From IMG/VR virus record IMGVR_UViG_2675903661_000003: 8,213 nt of DNA. The stretch is one strand, 5' to 3'. Positions 6,132-8,213 of this stretch are shown here, piece by piece (position 1 is the first letter of the stretch; the number at the start of each line of letters is the position of its first letter). The notes under the pieces were generated by a model, which saw only the letters and a list, made by a program, of their open reading frames with translations, was not told the origin of the DNA and made no database searches. The DNA is from a virus. Its lineage: Duplodnaviria > Heunggongvirae > Uroviricota > Caudoviricetes. The position numbers were made by a program, and so were the translations under genes.

Positions 6132-6314
6132 TTAAGGAGTAATGGGCTCTTCGGGTTTGCTTCCGGCTGACTGACTGGCGCTGATTTTCTCAGCGGCCCT
6201 TTTATCAATCTGCCTGCGCCAGCAATCGCGCACTGCCCTGTACCCACCCGAAAGAAGATACAGCACACAGACCACCGTACAGAAGTACAGCATTAACTGG
6301 TTCAGAAATGTCAT
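6132..6314 (-). CDS. Small putative membrane protein (60 aa)
   Basis: ATG at 6314 with GGTGAGA upstream. A single predicted TM helix LMLYFCTVVCVLYLLSGG followed by a basic region. It conflicts with the GTG-extended version of the 5822 ORF, which is why the ATG-94-aa model was preferred there. Confidence 0.4.
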   Translation of the reverse strand: MTFLNQLMLYFCTVVCVLYLLSGGYRAVRDCWRRQIDKRAAEKISASQSAGSKPEEPITP

Positions 6315-6346
6315 GGTTTCTCACCGTGATAGTTGACATGATTTAC

Positions 6347-6381
6347 TTATTTTTGTAGAAAAACACCGAAGACTTCGGTGT
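6347..6381 (-). terminator. Rho-independent terminator downstream of the esterase gene
   Basis: Perfect inverted repeat ACACCGAAG-A-CTTCGGTGT (6363-6381), followed on the minus strand by TTTTCTACAAAAAT. Located between the esterase stop (6465) and the next minus-strand ORF (6314). Confidence 0.5.
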
Positions 6382-6464
6382 CATCATGGTCGTTTTACCA
6401 GCCGCCAGCATTCATGTAGTGGACAAAGTTCATCCCTTTCCTTCATTGCTGGCGGCCTTTTTTA

Positions 6465-8213
6465 TCATGCCGCGGCATCCGCGTTGTTCACTTCCACCTT
6501 CACACTGTCAATCAGCAACGTATATGTCGCCGCCTTTGATATGTCTGTCAGTTGCAGTTTGTCCGCCGCCCCTGATGCCGGAGATTTCACCAGTGTGAAC
6601 GGTGTACCCCGTTTCTCATCCAGTACCGGCGTCACCTGAATGCTGTTGTTTCCGGCAAACTCAAAAGCCAGTGTGTGCCATCCGTTATCAAAGACCCCGA
6701 ACGTATCCAGCTTCGCATTCTGCTTCTTGTGGTACATCGCGTTCAGGTTCGTCGCATCCGTCTGCAGGAAGAAGGACATCAGCATGTCGTTGCCTTCCTC
6801 TGACAGCGTCACTCCCTCCGGCAGGGACGACAACTGCCAGTAAATACCCAGGGCAAACTGATTCGGCACCAGTGCGCCCGGCACCTTAAACCGTACGCTC
6901 ACACGTCCGCCTTTCTTCAGCAACTCTGCCCCCTGCCCGGCGGCATCATGCTCCAGAAACCAGATGTGGCTTTCCGGTTTGTTCAGTTGCAGGGCCTTAC
7001 CACCGGTGGCACCCTCATCACTGACCACAGCCTCAGCGATGTTTTTATTAACACTGTCTCCGCTCGCCGGTTTGTGATAATAGCGCCAGCCCTGTGATGC
7101 CAGGTCTTCGCCGGACGCCAGCAGACTCATCAGGGTTCGGTTACTGACCGGGGCTTCCGGCTCTCTCTCCGGGCCTTCACCGGAAGGTCCGGTGGGCTTC
7201 ACCGTATCAGGCTGTTTTCCGGTAATGAATTCAGCGGTTCTCCCGGCATGCACCAGAATCGCCGTTGCCAGACGGTCGGAAATAATCCCACGGCGAGCCC
7301 ATGAACTGAAATGGCTGGCCCTGTCTGCTGATGTCCAGGTCTTCTGGTCATTACGCCACTTTGAACCGTAATAACCGACGGTTTCCAGGTCCGGGTCTTC
7401 TGCCGGGTTATTGGTCTGCACATTCGCACCATTCTCATCCGTCATTAACGGTACAAAGAAAATGTTCTGCGACTCCTTCCCCTTATACCCTCCGTATACT
7501 GATGCATACCCTTCCGCATGACGCTGCTTCCAGAAATACGTTGTGTCCCCGCAAATCCACGGTACCGCTGATGCGCTGCCTCCTGTGCTCTGTGATGCCT
7601 GACCGGCAAGCTCCGTTCTGAACTGATTCACCATCGCACTAAACAGCCCCGGATGCTGCGCATGCGTCCCCACTGCCGCATCACCTTCTCCCTGCATCCA
7701 CACCACCGCAAGCAGACGGTTTTTCGGGTTCTTCGCCAGTGCGGCTTTAGTCCGGCTCACCAAATCCTGATACAGCGGCTTACCCACACCCCAGCGCAGT
7801 GAATTTTCCGATGCACCGGCTGATTCGCTGTATGTGCCGTCTGCACCCGTTGTGAATGCCGAAGCACCACGGCAGCACGGAACCAGCAGAATGCCCGCAT
7901 TCGCCGGTATAAACGGCAGCAGTTTTTTGGCGATATGCAGCCCCTGCCCCACGGTTCCGTACTGCCCCTTTGACAGGTCCGCTTTCGGATGGTTAAGACG
8001 GCTCATGTCCTGCACATCATGCAGACAATGGTCCGCCGGAATAATGTCGTTATACTTACAGGCGGCACCGCCCGGTGTCACCGTACTGCGGCGCGCCAGC
8101 TGCTTAATACGCGGGTCCGGACGGTCATATGTCTCCGGCAGCGGAAGGCCTTCACCATACGACATGCCGTTTGACTGCCCTGCCAGAACCACAACAAAGT
8201 AATACTCCGGGTC
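6465..8213 (-). CDS. nanS: NanS-p-like 9-O-acetyl sialic acid esterase (SGNH/SASA-type hydrolase), 5' end truncated by the window edge
   Basis: VVLAGQSNG is a block-I SGNH-hydrolase motif. The frame stays open upstream of the track's GTG at 8192 to the window end (DPEYYFVVVLAGQSN), so the N-terminus lies outside the window. Size, motif and position just upstream of the holin fit the prophage esterases of Stx-type lambdoid phages as I recall them. Confidence 0.75.
   Translation of the reverse strand, partial: DPEYYFVVVLAGQSNGMSYGEGLPLPETYDRPDPRIKQLARRSTVTPGGAACKYNDIIPADHCLHDVQDMSRLNHPKADLSKGQYGTVGQGLHIAKKLLPFIPANAGILLVPCCRGASAFTTGADGTYSESAGASENSLRWGVGKPLYQDLVSRTKAALAKNPKNRLLAVVWMQGEGDAAVGTHAQHPGLFSAMVNQFRTELAGQASQSTGGSASAVPWICGDTTYFWKQRHAEGYASVYGGYKGKESQNIFFVPLMTDENGANVQTNNPAEDPDLETVGYYGSKWRNDQKTWTSADRASHFSSWARRGIISDRLATAILVHAGRTAEFITGKQPDTVKPTGPSGEGPEREPEAPVSNRTLMSLLASGEDLASQGWRYYHKPASGDSVNKNIAEAVVSDEGATGGKALQLNKPESHIWFLEHDAAGQGAELLKKGGRVSVRFKVPGALVPNQFALGIYWQLSSLPEGVTLSEEGNDMLMSFFLQTDATNLNAMYHKKQNAKLDTFGVFDNGWHTLAFEFAGNNSIQVTPVLDEKRGTPFTLVKSPASGAADKLQLTDISKAATYTLLIDSVKVEVNNADAAA

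Noticed and set aside
6386-8202. Plus-strand ORFs within the esterase gene (6386..6598, 6602..6889, 6640..6843, 7331..7621, 7834..8202, 7989..8174) and minus ORF 7199..7438
   Set aside because: Antisense or off-frame shadows of a GC-rich gene with a clear SGNH motif; translations are Pro/Ser/Arg/Cys-rich.
1-8213. CRISPR arrays, tRNA/rRNA genes, insertion-sequence inverted repeats, attachment-site direct repeats
   Set aside because: No regular short direct-repeat arrays, no tRNA-like cloverleaf candidates, and no terminal inverted repeats flanking a transposase-like ORF were seen by eye. The modules look like phage morons rather than IS elements.

Overview
This window reads as the late/lysis region of a lambdoid prophage from an enterobacterium, with the late operon on the minus strand (high to low coordinates) and at least three moron-like insertions. 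In order along the minus strand: a 5'-truncated NanS-p-like sialate O-acetylesterase, a hairpin terminator, two small ORFs, a phage-21-type pinholin, a convergent and partly overlapping pair of unrecognised ORFs, a SAR-type GH24 endolysin, an antirepressor-like gene, an orphan Dam methyltransferase, lambda-type Rz with embedded Rz1, a small ORF coupled to Rz, and a TonB C-terminal-domain lipoprotein. A small ribbon-helix-helix-like gene lies on the plus strand at the left edge. The best candidate for an undescribed system is the insert between holin and endolysin (about 4330-5530): two unrecognised ORFs whose 3' ends overlap antiparallel by 252 bp in the same codon register. All calls rest on reading the ORF translations and motifs by eye; no database search or computation was run.
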